A DNA stretch of 64,000 nucleotides from Eledone cirrhosa (Eukaryota), in contig OZ024740.1 of the NCBI GenBank assembly GCA_964016885.1, positions 114,204,001-114,268,000 on the forward strand, given 5' to 3'. Shown here piece by piece: positions 51,546 to 64,000 of this stretch. The stretch's first letter is position 1. Each line of letters starts with the position of its first letter. The notes under the pieces are model-generated. The model had not been told where the DNA came from and searched no databases. It saw only the letters and a program-made list of their open reading frames with translations. Both the position numbers and the translations under genes were made by a program.

Positions 51546-52011
51546 GATAAATCTACCAAAATATACGGTAGCGTCCAATCCGTATGAAGAACTCAATGTA
51601 ATCCACATATCATGAAAAGAGAAGATGTATTCAAATTTTTTTCGATGAAAATCACACGAAAACAGAGCCAAGATAAATTAATAAAAATAATGAATAAAAT
51701 AAAGAAACAGTTCCTTATATTAAAAAATTCATCATTTTACGATCGTTTCTAGGATATATATGTGTGTGTTGCGATGTATATCATATTGATCTATGTAAAC
51801 ATTTTACAAACTATCAGAGGGAATATACATACCTACACATATATATGCTGTCTTCTGAAGACAGCATATATAGTTTGTAAAATTTTTACAGAGATCAATA
51901 TGATATACATACCAACACACACATATATATCCTAGAAACGATCGTAAAATGATGAATTTTTTAATATAAGGAACTGTTTCTTTATTTTATTCATTATTTT
52001 TATTAATTTAT
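51545..52011. mobile_element. Foldback PLE-terminus element with an extended-stem-II hammerhead (51855-51946)
   Basis: Arms 51673-51814 and 51870-52011; CTGAAGA CAGCATATAT...ATATATCCTA GAAAC GATC GTA. Confidence 0.75.
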
Positions 52012-52418
52012 ATACATATATATATATAAATATACATGTATTAAATATATATATATAGAGAGAGAGAGATGTATTTATATATACACACACACACGCATGT
52101 ACATGTATATATATGTTTGCGGGGGTATGTGTGTGTGTGCGTGTGTGTGCGTGTGTGTGTTTGTGTGCGCGCACGTGTGTGTGTGTGTGTGTATGTGTGT
52201 GTGCGTTTATTCTTTATATCATCACTTAACAAGTTGATATAGAGAGTTGTAATTAGAAATAATTATTACGTCCTATTCTCTGGCCAAATACGCTATAAAT
52301 TATGTTCACAAATGTATTTCAACACATCAGGTAATAAAAGCACCAGCTTTGCTATCTTTTCTGGACATCGAAATCTTATTTACTATTGTTTCCACACATA
52401 AAACTATCAAAACCTCAC

Positions 52419-52526
52419 TTCCAATGAGAAGTGTTAATATCTTTTGTATGTATATTACTATAACCAAACACCCATCCGTTCGCTGAAACTTGAAGCTTAC
52501 TGTCAAATGTAACAGTAAGAGTATAT
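52419..52526 (-). CDS. Candidate host coding exon (108 nt, phase 2-2), possibly M1 aminopeptidase N-terminal domain-like
   Basis: CAG acceptor, GTGAG donor, open frame YTLTVTFDSKLQVSANGWVFGYSNIHTKDINTSHW with YxLxxxFxxxLxxxxxG-aromatic spacing. Confidence 0.4.
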
Positions 52527-54948
52527 CTGTTGGAATTCATAACTTCACATGCCTTGTATAGAAGGGAAATATGATCAAAGTTACCTTTAATAAATATATT
52601 CATTTTCTACTGGATGAATATTTATAAGAATACTATGCCATTATAGGACAACATATTTATTCACGATGTGCTATTCTTTGCCAGAGCTTCGGCGACAACC
52701 TTCTTCGATTGCTATAGAATGGAAGTTGGTTGTCTTGGAGAAAAGGAATACTTTGAGTGGTCTATCATATCATTCTCACAACACAGCGTACCCGACACCA
52801 GGATACGCAGTGTGTGTTTGTGTGTGTGTGCCTATGTGTGTGTGTGCGTGTGTGCGTGTGTGTGTGTTTTGTGTGTGTGTGTGTCAGAGAGAGAGAAAGG
52901 GCTAGAGAGAGTAATAGACCATAGAATCTGACTGATACTTGATGTTATCGACATTGCAAGGAATGAATGAATCTCGGACGTGGCCGAGATCTGAATTCAG
53001 AGAGCAAGGAGCCGAAGCATATACCACAAGGGCATTTTATCGACGCTTATCAAATTGATCACTCTCATTATTGTTACAGATAATTAAAAATATTTTCTGT
53101 AACTATTGGAGAGTAATTACCCAAATACACGTTTTACAGTTCTGTAAATAAAATCAACTAATGCAGCCAGTTGACTTCAAACATATATTTAATTCTGGAA
53201 TTATATAGAATGGCTGTTGGATAAATCAAATTGACATATATTTCATGTTTTATTCATGTCTGAAATATGTCATAATAAACCCATCCGTGGGCTCATAACT
53301 CCGGATGGATAGTAGAGGTATCTTCTTTATTGATTAAAACTGGCGGATCCCATCCCTGACCAACAGAGTTTTCCAAGAACCAGAGAGGGGGGGGGGGGGG
53401 GTTAAAAAATATCATTAAACTTTTACTATATCCATATATACCTCACTATGTAACTGTCATTTATTCGGTAAGAGAAAAAAAAGGAATAATGAAAATGTTA
53501 TTGTTTTCTACCTGCAGTACGTCTTCCCGAGTACATATGCTCAGTCATTCTTTTAACTTCATGTTCATCTATTAAATTTCATTCTTCTTGCCCTTCATCA
53601 GTCAGTAAGAATTAACCTATACTTCCCTGATATGATCCCGTAAAAAAAATGGCTTTGTGACTTAATTACCTTGATACCTAATGTGAGGCTCACTGAACAT
53701 TGAAATTTACTTTTAATTAATTTTAACTAATTTAAATCCAGAGATTCCCTTCTTGACTAAACTTAATCATCGTGAAATTGTGTCTCCTTACTGTGAAGGT
53801 CATATTAATTAGTAAATATTTCTTAGTTCACTGCCTTAATTATATTAGTGCCTAAGTTGCTAGTTGTTTTCATGCAACAAGCGAATATCGGTATTTCCTT
53901 TTTGTCAACTAACCTACTTTCGATTTTCTTTTATACAACATTTCTGGTAGGAAGCTATTGAAGAACAGAAATCTCGAATAAGATTCAGATTTTGGTTAAA
54001 ATCCCATTAATATACTTGGAACGAATGTAAGAGTCACAAGAAGAACACCCGACTAGCAAAAGAAAAAAAAAGGGGATTAAAATCGCCCTCTCACCACAGT
54101 CGTTATATTTAAAAAAATTAAAGATCTCACTACATCATATAGTCGTAGATATAATAGGTTAGGAAGAGATATATGGACATGGTTAGAAGATCTTTGATCA
54201 TAGATATACTGTTCCAGGGTTAAAGCGATGTCAAACATCAACAACAGGCGTGGGCTAGTCTTTCGGATTAATGATTATAAGCTCGTGAGATGGATACCTA
54301 AAGCGGGTGATACACTGTGTTCTTGTCTAAAACACTTTATTTTACGTTACTATTCATGAAAAATATTAGAACCCTAAGATTGAAATGGCCAGGCCAAGAC
54401 ACTTCCCTTGAGAGGCTACCGTATTGAAGGCCAGCTGCATCGGCACAGATGTGAATAGTAAATTACTTTTTACTTTCATATGATCGTGCAATACCAACGC
54501 TACTATCTCCAGAAAACGTATATCTAAGAAGTAATGTTTTCACATATCTAAGTATAGTGTATGTATCTTAATCAAAGAAAGCAGTATTTGTTAGATCTAC
54601 GTTTACTCTATGATACCGAAAACACAAGCAAATGAGGTAATTAACTTCCCATTACATTATACAACAGCACATACAAAACGGATTTCAATTTTAATTTGAT
54701 TAACAAGATGATGAAACCTGTTCGTTATTTGTATAAGCATCAATACAGCTTCTGACATTCTGCCAGCTTATGGAGTCGTATTTATTCTTAGTTTAAAGTT
54801 GAATTTAAATAATGCTAACATGTTAAATATATCTCATTATTACTTGGTTCATCAGCAGTCACTAACTCACAAAAGTGTTTGTATAATTCAGTTGGTAATT
54901 GATTATTTGTACATGTGTACGTGACTCTCTCAGCAAACACTCACACGC

Positions 54949-55052
<104 letters not shown>

Positions 55053-55089
55053 ACACACACGCACACGCACACACACACACACACACACG

Positions 55090-55120
<31 letters not shown>

Positions 55121-55124
<4 letters not shown>

Positions 55125-55450
55125 CACATAAGAAACGGAGAATCAGTGTTGGAACGAATAACATTTATTAGACATATTACAATGGTTTCTCTGGCGACCA
55201 GCTCGAGGCACGATCGATGTAATGATCGAACCTGATGCTGAAATCTGAGGACCTTGCGATTTCAGAGTCAGGTTCGATCATTATATCGATCGTGCCTCGA
55301 GCTGGTCGCCAGAGAAACGATTGCAATATGTATAATAAAGTTTATTCGTCGCAACACTGATTCTACGTTTCTTATGTGATATCATACTCTGCTCTGTAAG
55401 AGCATCGAGTGCGCAAACAGCCTACCGCTTACAGACGCTTTAAGCATCCC
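55121..55450 (+). mobile_element. Foldback PLE terminus with an extended hammerhead-like core
   Basis: Arms 55121-55245 and 55258-55382; CTGAGGA..GCGAT...GTCGC..GAAAC at 55245-55318. Confidence 0.7.
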
Positions 55451-55454
55451 ACAC

Positions 55455-55828
55455 CAATTATATATATAAATATGTGTGTGTCTACTACAGACTCCAACAA
55501 AACATATATAGGATCTACATCAAACACATTTAAGAAAAGATTTTACGCACACTCTAGTAGTTTCAACAATACTAAACTAGCAAACACCACATCTTTACCT
55601 GAAGCGGTAAATAATTATAAAAAGAATAAAATAGATTTTAAGTTATCGTGGAACACCATTCTACAAAAAACTTCATATCTTGGAAACAAGAGGGAATGCA
55701 GATTATGTTCCGGAGAGATCTTGGAAATGACTAAATCTAAGGACGATTTATTAAATAAAAGACAGGAGTTGATCATAGTCTGTAATCACCGTATACGAAA
55801 ATCATTTAAATACTATAAACTTAATTAA
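55455..55828 (+). pseudogene. PLE GIY-YIG endonuclease domain (Nematis-like), no RT
   Basis: IIY..KTYIGSTSNTFKKRFYAH..TSL..W..CRLCSGE..LLNKRQELIIVCNHR. Confidence 0.88.
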
Positions 55829-56106
55829 ATACTATAAACCTAATTAAATATTCTAAATAGCAACTCACTATAATTCCATATAGAATAACATTTATTAGTA
55901 CCTCTTTCCCCTAATTATATGCTTTCATGCTTATTTTTTGCCTTTTAAATTTCTAGCTTCCTTAGATTTATGTGTTAATGACTAAAGGCAACAAGATACA
56001 GAGCCACCAGTAATTGCATGAGTAAAAATAAATATCTATGCATGATATGGAAATATATTTATGTGTGTATATGTTTGTGTATATATATATATATACATGT
56101 ATATGC

Positions 56107-56200
<94 letters not shown>

Positions 56201-56343
56201 ATATATATGTATATATGTATGTGCATGTGTGTATATATGTGTATGCTTGTGTATGCTTGTGTATGTATGTGTATGTTTGTATGTATATGTATGTGTATGT
56301 AAATGTGTGTATATATATGTATATATATCTCTGTATGTGTATA

Positions 56344-56408
<65 letters not shown>

Positions 56409-57009
56409 GTGTGTATATCTATGTGTATATATGTATGTATGTATGCGTGTGCGTGTATATGTGAGTATAGGTGTATGAATGTTTATGTATGAGTATGTGC
56501 ACATGTAAGAGGAGTGTACATATGCTCACACAAGTGTATATATATATATATATATGTCTATGTATATGTATATATGTGTATATATATGATTATATACATG
56601 CGTGTGGGTGTGTATTTAGGTTTGCAGCTATTTGCACGTATGCATATTTTGGTTAGATATCAATATAACTGTACCTCTCTCTATAAGTGGTGTGAATATG
56701 TGCACTTTGTAGACTATGAAATGTATGTGTTTTAACTATGCCAACATGTACTTATCTGAGTTTGATTGTTTATGCATAAACATACTTAGTAATATTTTAG
56801 AGCGTATAATATGTTATATTATACTGAGTGCAATTTACTACACCATACTATATTCTGTTGGTTAAGTTGTATATTATCACATTACTATATCACGTTATCT
56901 TATAATTTTTATCTTTTAATATACTATCTTTCCTAGCCATAACATTAATTTATATTTACCTTAAAACTCAATACAACACTAATCACCATTTATTTTGACA
57001 TTGCTGAGC

Positions 57010-58757
57010 AAATATTTATTAAAATATCGCTGCTTTCACCCTTAACGGGATTTCCTGAAACTAACAAAGTCAATCTGTAAACGCAGAAGTGGATATTTCA
57101 AAAAATCCTTGCAACCGGAGGAAAACAGGAAGACGATACTTTGGTTCGTGGAAACGATCCCTGGCAAAGAACGGGAAAAAACGAATATAATACGTCATTA
57201 ATAGGAGCGGTGAAAAACAATTACGCGCAAAGACAGAACCACGTTTATGGTATAAAAGAAGTCGTAGACTAATGTTCTCTTAGGTGGTTCATAGAGAAGT
57301 TCTCTGGCAATGAACGGAAAAAAAGAAAATGATACGTCATATGTGTAGCGTGGAGAACAATTGCACGCAAAGACAAGTCGTAGACTAAAATTCTAACTAG
57401 GAAACCGAAAGAATCTCCGCTTCAGAGTTAAGAATAAAGTAAATAAAATACAATACAGAGGTAATAGAAATTAAATAAATACATACACGCATGCAAATAC
57501 GTACATACACATGCATAGGCGAAAACACTTGCCATAGGTATACAAAACCACGCACATATAAATATGTGTGTGTGCGTGTATACAAATAAATAAATAAATA
57601 AACGTATATAAATAAATAAATACGTATATAACAAGCGCACACACATACCTACATCTAAATACACAAACGTTCGGATACGTACGTCAACCAAAACATGAAG
57701 TACACATATACACACACCCTATATACGTACGAACACACATATACACACATATACACACACCCTACATACATACGAACCTGCATACTCACACAGACGCAAA
57801 ATTCCCGTATACACATAACCAAACCATATGTACCAGAATATATAAAATTATACGCCATAACATGTACAATCAAATATACGTACGAAAAAGTATACGTACA
57901 TTCACAAAACATACAGGTAATATATACTTACCTATGCAAATAAGTAATGGTATAAACATAACATATACTTAGCTACCACATCAAGACGTAAAATATCCAC
58001 GTATAGATCGTACTATCCGTTAGGTAGAGTTGTAAGACAGGAAAATTTTGTGCAATTTATGTTTACAAGCCGAAATTGCCTCAGATTTGTTGTTTAAGAT
58101 GTGTTCTGTGTCGTAGAGTATTTCCAGGGCCTCAGCAGCGCAGATGTCACATGGTCTTTTATTTCTGTTATACGATCTAGCCCTAGCTAGGATCTCCCAG
58201 TGTAACTTATATTGGGTGTGGTTGTCTTTTAAACTCCAGATATAAGATGAAAGTGACGTCATATTCCTTCTTAGAGGGTAACAAAAAGAATGGGTATGCA
58301 TGTAAAGACGCTGCTTGAATCTATTGGTGGTTAACCCTATGTAGGCCCTACGGGACGTAGCTATACCATTTACGTGGTTTTGTCTATGCGTGCAATTGTT
58401 CTCCACGGTCCACATATGACGTATTATCTTTGTTTTTTCCGTTCATTGCCAGAGAACGTCTATATGAACCACCTAAGAGAACATTAGTCTACGACTTCTT
58501 TTATACCATAAACGTGGTTCTGTAATTGCGTCTAATTGTTTTTTACCGCTCCTATTAATGACGTATTATATTCGTTTTTTCCCGTTCTTTGCCAGGGAAC
58601 GTTTCCACGAACCAAAGTATCGTCTTCGTGTTTTCCTCCGGTTGCAAGGTTTTTTGAAATATCCACTTCTGCGTTTACAGATTGACTTTGTTAGTTTCAG
58701 AAGATCCCGTTAAGGGTGAAAGCCGAATCTTAGCTTAAACTTTAATCTGTTATTTCA

Positions 58758-58765
<8 letters not shown>
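57010..58765 (-). mobile_element. 5'-truncated PLE (family C parent) with inverted terminal copy
   Basis: Arms about 57032-57369 and 58387-58723; GIY-YIG remnant at 58020-58370 (AYIGLTTNRFKQRLYMH..CDICAAE..LNNKSEAISACKHK). Confidence 0.88.
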
Positions 58766-58810
<45 letters not shown>

Positions 58811-58814
<4 letters not shown>

Positions 58815-60902
58815 GGTTTGTTGGTTCACCACTGGATAGAATTGGTCATTCCGTATAGTCAATCTTGATGTAATATTATGGAGAGTACTCAACGTAATGC
58901 AGTTCACACGTCTTCGTTTGTGTAGTGCGAATACGGAGTTAATTATTATAAATAAAATAACAGGAGGCTGGACTGGGGTAAATCCTTGAAAAGTGTATTA
59001 TACTATGATCATTTCAATGACCTTTCTCCGTATGAATCAGGTGATATCATCAGGTATTCGAAATGTAACAAAGGAATATATAAAATCCATGGGTCCGATC
59101 TCAGAGACAGAGAGGACGACTGATCAGCTAGCTGCTTTCACCTCGGTCATTCGTCCTCAAGTGATGGCAACTCGGTCTACCAATGACCGTCAGAGAATAA
59201 AAAAAAGGAGAAATAAATAAATAAAGAAAGAAAGAAAGAAGAAAAGTCAGCGTAAGGGTCACAGTACAGTCATGCTAGAAGACGCCGTGAAAAATGTTAT
59301 TCCAAAGAACCCATATTTTAACAAAGGCATATATATGGGTGTCTGTATAGTCTAATGTATGAACAGAAAATTGGAACGTTAACTTATGTAAAGAATTATA
59401 GGATGGAATTAAATTATTAGAAAATGAATAGAGAATTAAACGTTTGTGTTGCAATAATTATTTAATGAAATTACCAAGAGAGTCTTATATGAAAAAGTTT
59501 AAGTGAATTATAGGGAATCTCGATAAGTTATCGAGGTGGGATATAGAGTAAAGATAAAAGCCTTCGATTGTAAATCCCAGCCTGCACCTCCCAACCACGT
59601 GTCAGCCAGTTTCGAGTGGTTTCGTCTAGCGAAATAAATGGAAATTAATTTTTCCGAGTACTCTAGGAACGTAGCTGCGATAGGCCCTGATTGTGCTAGA
59701 GGGAAGTCAATCAGCTTCTACAGGCCATCGTCTATACCAAATGAATACTATTAATTCACACATGAGGGGTTTATTTACGTGCCAGCACAGGGAGGCATAA
59801 TACAGCTAACAGTTATGCCTAAGCCTAGAGTTTATAGGTATGAGTATAATGTGGCGGTTAAAACAGGCGTCGCGGTGGGCCCCGGTACAAATCGTCCGCA
59901 CCGAGTAGTTTCGTTTACCGAAAGAGGAAAAATTTATTTTTCCAAGCACTCAAGGAAGGCAGAACCTCCACAGGGCTCGGCGCACAGCCGGGAAATCCAC
60001 CACATCAGTCGAAAGCGGGAAACCCAATGAAAAGTGCTAATAGACTATAATTATTTTTAAGTCCCAGTTATTCCGGGTTATAAGTAGTGTGGTTCATTGG
60101 TGGGTAGGGAGCTATGAATGGTGCATAATGACCTGATAATAAGCAGAAAATCCCAAATAAATAAAAGCAGGATACAGAGATAAAAATACAAAGATAAGAA
60201 ATAGAAAAATATATAAAAAATACATTAATAAAAATACATTAATAAGGTAAAAAGTAAAAAGTAAAATACATGAATAAAACGCCGTCATACCTAGGGTAGT
60301 GATGTAGTAAGACGGAAATATATAAGAACATATCGGAGGAATCAAGGCAAAGGGGAAATACAAAATAGATCAAGTTGCAGTAAGATAATGCAAGGTTGTT
60401 CAATAAATATAGAGGGTGGAAGAGTAAAGTTCGGGTCTCCGAATTCAATGTGAGTCACAAAAAGGTCCTGAGGTATAGAGTAGAGAATTCAGTAAATACA
60501 ATACATGATTAAGTATAATACGTGGAATGTTGTCAAAATCCGAATATTCACGACAAGGAAGCAGCATTGGATAGGGTGGGCGGTAGACAAAGCACAGAGC
60601 AGCCAAAGTCCGAATGGTAAGTAGATCAGTTAATCCCATGCTGGCAATAGCTGTACACTGAATTCAGTGCCTATGTTCAATATTACATCTGGAAGTGCTC
60701 AACATTATTGGAGCATTATTTATTTAGGTTTGTTGGTTTACCACTGGATAGAATTGGTCATTCTGTATGGTCAATCTTGATGTAATATATACAGTCACCC
60801 ATATATATGCCTTTGTTAAAATATGGGTTCTTTGGAATAAAATCTTTCGCAGCGTCTTCTAGCATGAGTGTAGTGTGACCCTTACGCTGACTTTTCTTTT
60901 TT

Positions 60903-60962
<60 letters not shown>

Positions 60963-61272
60963 TGTTTCTTACTTTCTTTCTCCTTTTTTATTCTCTGACG
61001 GAGAGGTGGTAGTACATTATAAGCCTTCGCCCCCTCACAAGATGGTCATTAGTAAACCGAGTTGCCATCACTTGAGGGCGACTGACCAAGGTGAAAGCAG
61101 CTAGTTGGTCAGTCGTCCTCTCTATCTCTGATTTCGGACCCATGGATTTTACATATTCCTTTGTTACATTTCGAATACATGATGATATCACCGGATTCAT
61201 ACGGAACCCGGTTATTGAAATGATCATAGTATAATAAACATTTCAAGGATTTACACCAGTCCAGCCTCCTGT

Positions 61273-61280
<8 letters not shown>
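58811..61280. mobile_element. Decayed PLE-like element with about 390-bp inverted arms and a 66-bp direct repeat
   Basis: 58952-59341 is an inverse of 60796-61280; 58811-58876 matches 60723-60788; degenerate TGAGGA..GAAA GCAGC TA GCTG core; TA flanks. Confidence 0.7.
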
Positions 61281-61307
<27 letters not shown>

Positions 61308-61312
<5 letters not shown>

Positions 61313-61518
61313 GGAAAAGGTTCAGGACCCCGGCGGCAGAGCTCAAGCCGTTTTGACGGCTATTTCTGGAATGCAGTCCAGAAATAGCCGTCAAAACGGC
61401 TTGAGCTCTGCCGCCGGGGTCCTGAAACTTTTCCTATTACCCACTGTACTACCCAAAGTATCGAGTACTCTGGTGCGTTATGTTCCACCTGGTTACTTTC
61501 CACTCTTCCTTCGTTTTG
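61308..61518 (+). mobile_element. Foldback family A element, second copy
   Basis: Arms 61308-61370 and 61377-61439; homologous to 3826-4029. Confidence 0.85.
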
Positions 61519-61774
61519 ATATATATATATATATCTGATGATTTCTAAAGAATGAAACAGTTCTAGTCCTGTAGAATTTCATCTATATTAAAACTGTTAT
61601 ACTCTGCTACGTATTGAGTACCTTACTTACTGTGGTTACCTCCGATTCAACCCGGAATAACTTACCTATATATACTAAATTCACTCGATATGCATATTAG
61701 GCTGCTCAGCCGTTAATATGCATAAGGAAAGTATATACTTTCTGACGTTCAACCATCTGGCAGGAAGTTATATA

Positions 61775-61811
61775 ATGCTGACGATAGCTAATAAGCTTGA
61801 AACTAGTACAT
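61775..61811 (+). ncRNA. Minimal type-I hammerhead, GUA site; a second truncated core at 61535-61568
   Basis: ATG-CTGACGA-TAGCT aata AGCTT-GAAAC TA GTA-CAT; upstream CTGATGA TTTC taaa GAAT GAAAC..GTC. Confidence 0.72.
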
Positions 61812-62118
61812 CATTCCTGTGTCAGTGTTGAACAAAAAGGTGACGTGGTTGCCTAAACACTGTACGGCGTAAATCAGGCTGTTTGTTTGTTTACAAACAA
61901 ACAAACCGAGCATTATAATAGATGTTCGGTAAACCGATACGTGCATATATATATGTATGCATGTATGTATATATATATATATATACTACTGTACGTCTGT
62001 ATACATATATGTATGTACGTATATACATACTTATGTATGTATGTACGTACATACATACTTGCCTTTAAGTAACTGCCGTACTAATAGTGAGAAATGAAAT
62101 TTCGTTTCATTCTATTCC

Positions 62119-62202
<84 letters not shown>

Positions 62203-62273
62203 AAAAAGAGATGAAATCGAAAATGCAACTGGAGTCTTATTTTTAAAAAAAATATATATATATTTATTTGGTT

Positions 62274-62311
62274 CCTTTACCGGTTTCGCAGTTCTTCTGC
62301 TTTTCAAAAGG
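62274..62311 (-). ncRNA. Intact 38-nt minimal hammerhead, U3-A8 variant (family D)
   Basis: CCTT-TTGAAAA-GCAG aagaa CTGC-GAAAC CG GTA-AAGG; palindromic ACCGGT stem III. Confidence 0.8.
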
Positions 62312-63467
62312 TGAGTTGAGATGGAGGGTCTGTGGTTTTTCTCACTGTGGTTTTTTTCTCACTGTGGTTTTTCTCAATTAGAAAAAGACGGAGAGAAAGA
62401 AAAAAAAAAGAAAAAAGACGGCGAGAGAGAAAGAAAACCTGGAGAAATATCGGAGAGAGAGAGAAATGTATGGAGAAAAGAAAGAGATAAATAAAGATAG
62501 GAGGAAATAAAAAAGAAAGAAAAAAGGAGGAAATAAGAAAAACAAAGGAAAGCAACAGAGAGATATCAAGTCATCATACAGATAGAAAAACTCAAGAGAG
62601 AGAAATACTATGTAGAGAGAGGGGGAGACAATGAAAACTTTACGTCATGTCAAATTAAGTTGAGTTAACAATTTATATGAAATGAATAATAAAAATATAA
62701 ATATCAATATTCATGAATGGGACATAGATATATAATATGAGAAATTAAACATTGTTCAATACTGACTATATGTTTAGTTTAAAAACTTGAGATCAATATA
62801 CCCAAATCTGAGTTAAATCATTCAAAATGTACCCTTGCTATATAGATCAGTATCTTATGCAAAGACATACAAATATATATGTATATATATATATATATAT
62901 ATATACACATACGCACGTCCTGAAAATAGAAATTATGTCTACTCAAGCCAACAATATAGCCATACAAAACGTAAATGATTTCTCTTAATCACTGCTATAC
63001 ATTCCTTGTGTTATAAAAAGTTCACAGTATATATACATAAATATATACGATTAATATTCATGTCCTCATATATACGATTACCATTCATGTATTTAATATT
63101 ATGTATATCTGCAACATACCTCTCACCCAAATAGATATATATATACATATATACACATACATATGTATAAATAAATATTTGCGTGCGTCCTCCCGCATCG
63201 CTCATGCATATATACAGACATATATACGTAAAAGGGTACGTCAAAGCTATTTGTAAAACTGTTATATATTGTATTTTGTCAGAGGAAGGCATACCATAAT
63301 TTAATGTGGTATCCCTGAAATATGTATAATGAAATAAATATGGTTTTATAAATATAGTTTCCATTTATTAATATAGTATATCTACTCCAAAAACTTGTCG
63401 AGTGCTTTATATCAGTTATAAAAATATTTACTTGTTGTATCCCAACAATTTTAAATAGAACTTTTGC

Positions 63468-63504
<37 letters not shown>

Positions 63505-63681
63505 AATAAAGATCCGAAGGCATGGTATAAATTTACAATCATTTTAATCACGACACTTGTTTCAATAAGGGATAGATCGATCGTGTGGTCATGATAGATT
63601 ATCACTGATCTCATTAGGTGAATAATGAAATGTCTTCAAATCTTTGATATGAGGGAGGAAAAACTAACGATGTTCACTCAC

Positions 63682-63783
63682 TAGAGTTTTGTTCCCCATA
63701 TGAAGAATCAGCAGCCAAAACACCCCAACTGCTATCGACTTCAGTCAGGGTCATAAATTTATCAAGTCTCTATCTCTCAATAG
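63682..63783 (-). other. Candidate spliced exon (102 nt), possibly containing a start codon
   Basis: TTTTACAG acceptor, GTGAGT donor; an internal ATG opens MTLTEVDSSWGVLAADSSYGEQNS. Confidence 0.3.
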
Positions 63784-64000
63784 CTGTAAAAGACGCTGGA
63801 CAGGTCTAATCTCAGCATCAAATCTGTAGAATTTCGGTCAATCACAATTAGTGTTAGTGAGTACACACACACTCACACATACCGACGCGAGGTCAGAGAA
63901 AAAATATATATACCAACATAGTATGCACCGAAAGTTAGGTTACAAAACAACAAATGTTATATTGGTCAAATCTCAATTTTAACGATGTAAATTAGAAAAA

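Noticed and set aside
57032-57060. Family C terminal motif (AGAAGA TCCC gttaa GGGT GAAAGC) as a functional hammerhead
   Set aside because: No copy (5753, 57040, 58700) has an intact N3-UGA core or a clear NUH with stem I; treated only as a possible derivative.

Overview
This is AT-rich, microsatellite-saturated eukaryotic DNA, most likely intronic or intergenic sequence of an octopus/cephalopod genome. That assignment is an inference from the recurrent tRNA-like SINE and the repeat landscape. Most ORFs in the track are translations of (TA)n/(CA)n/(CATA)n arrays. The only intact protein-coding unit is a full-length L1/Tx1-clade non-LTR retrotransposon on the minus strand (about 14966-20807; ORF1 with a CCHC knuckle, ORF2 APE-RT-CCHC) flanked by (GATA)n on both sides. 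The rest is decayed Penelope-like elements (PLE; RT and GIY-YIG remnants with inverted terminal copies), R4/Dong-like, CR1/L2-like and RTE-like LINE fragments, Helitron derivatives, SINEs and a few candidate host exons. The most striking hidden signal is roughly 20 loci with type-I hammerhead ribozyme (HHR) cores, folded by eye and nearly all inside non-coding elements sitting in (TA)n tracts. They include retrozyme-like tandem monomers of about 326, 510, 591 and 594 bp. Three unrelated families replace the canonical C3-G8 core pair with U3-A8. One monomer begins exactly at its predicted self-cleavage site, and one carries an octamer/PSE/TATA-like cassette. No activity or database comparison has been tested.
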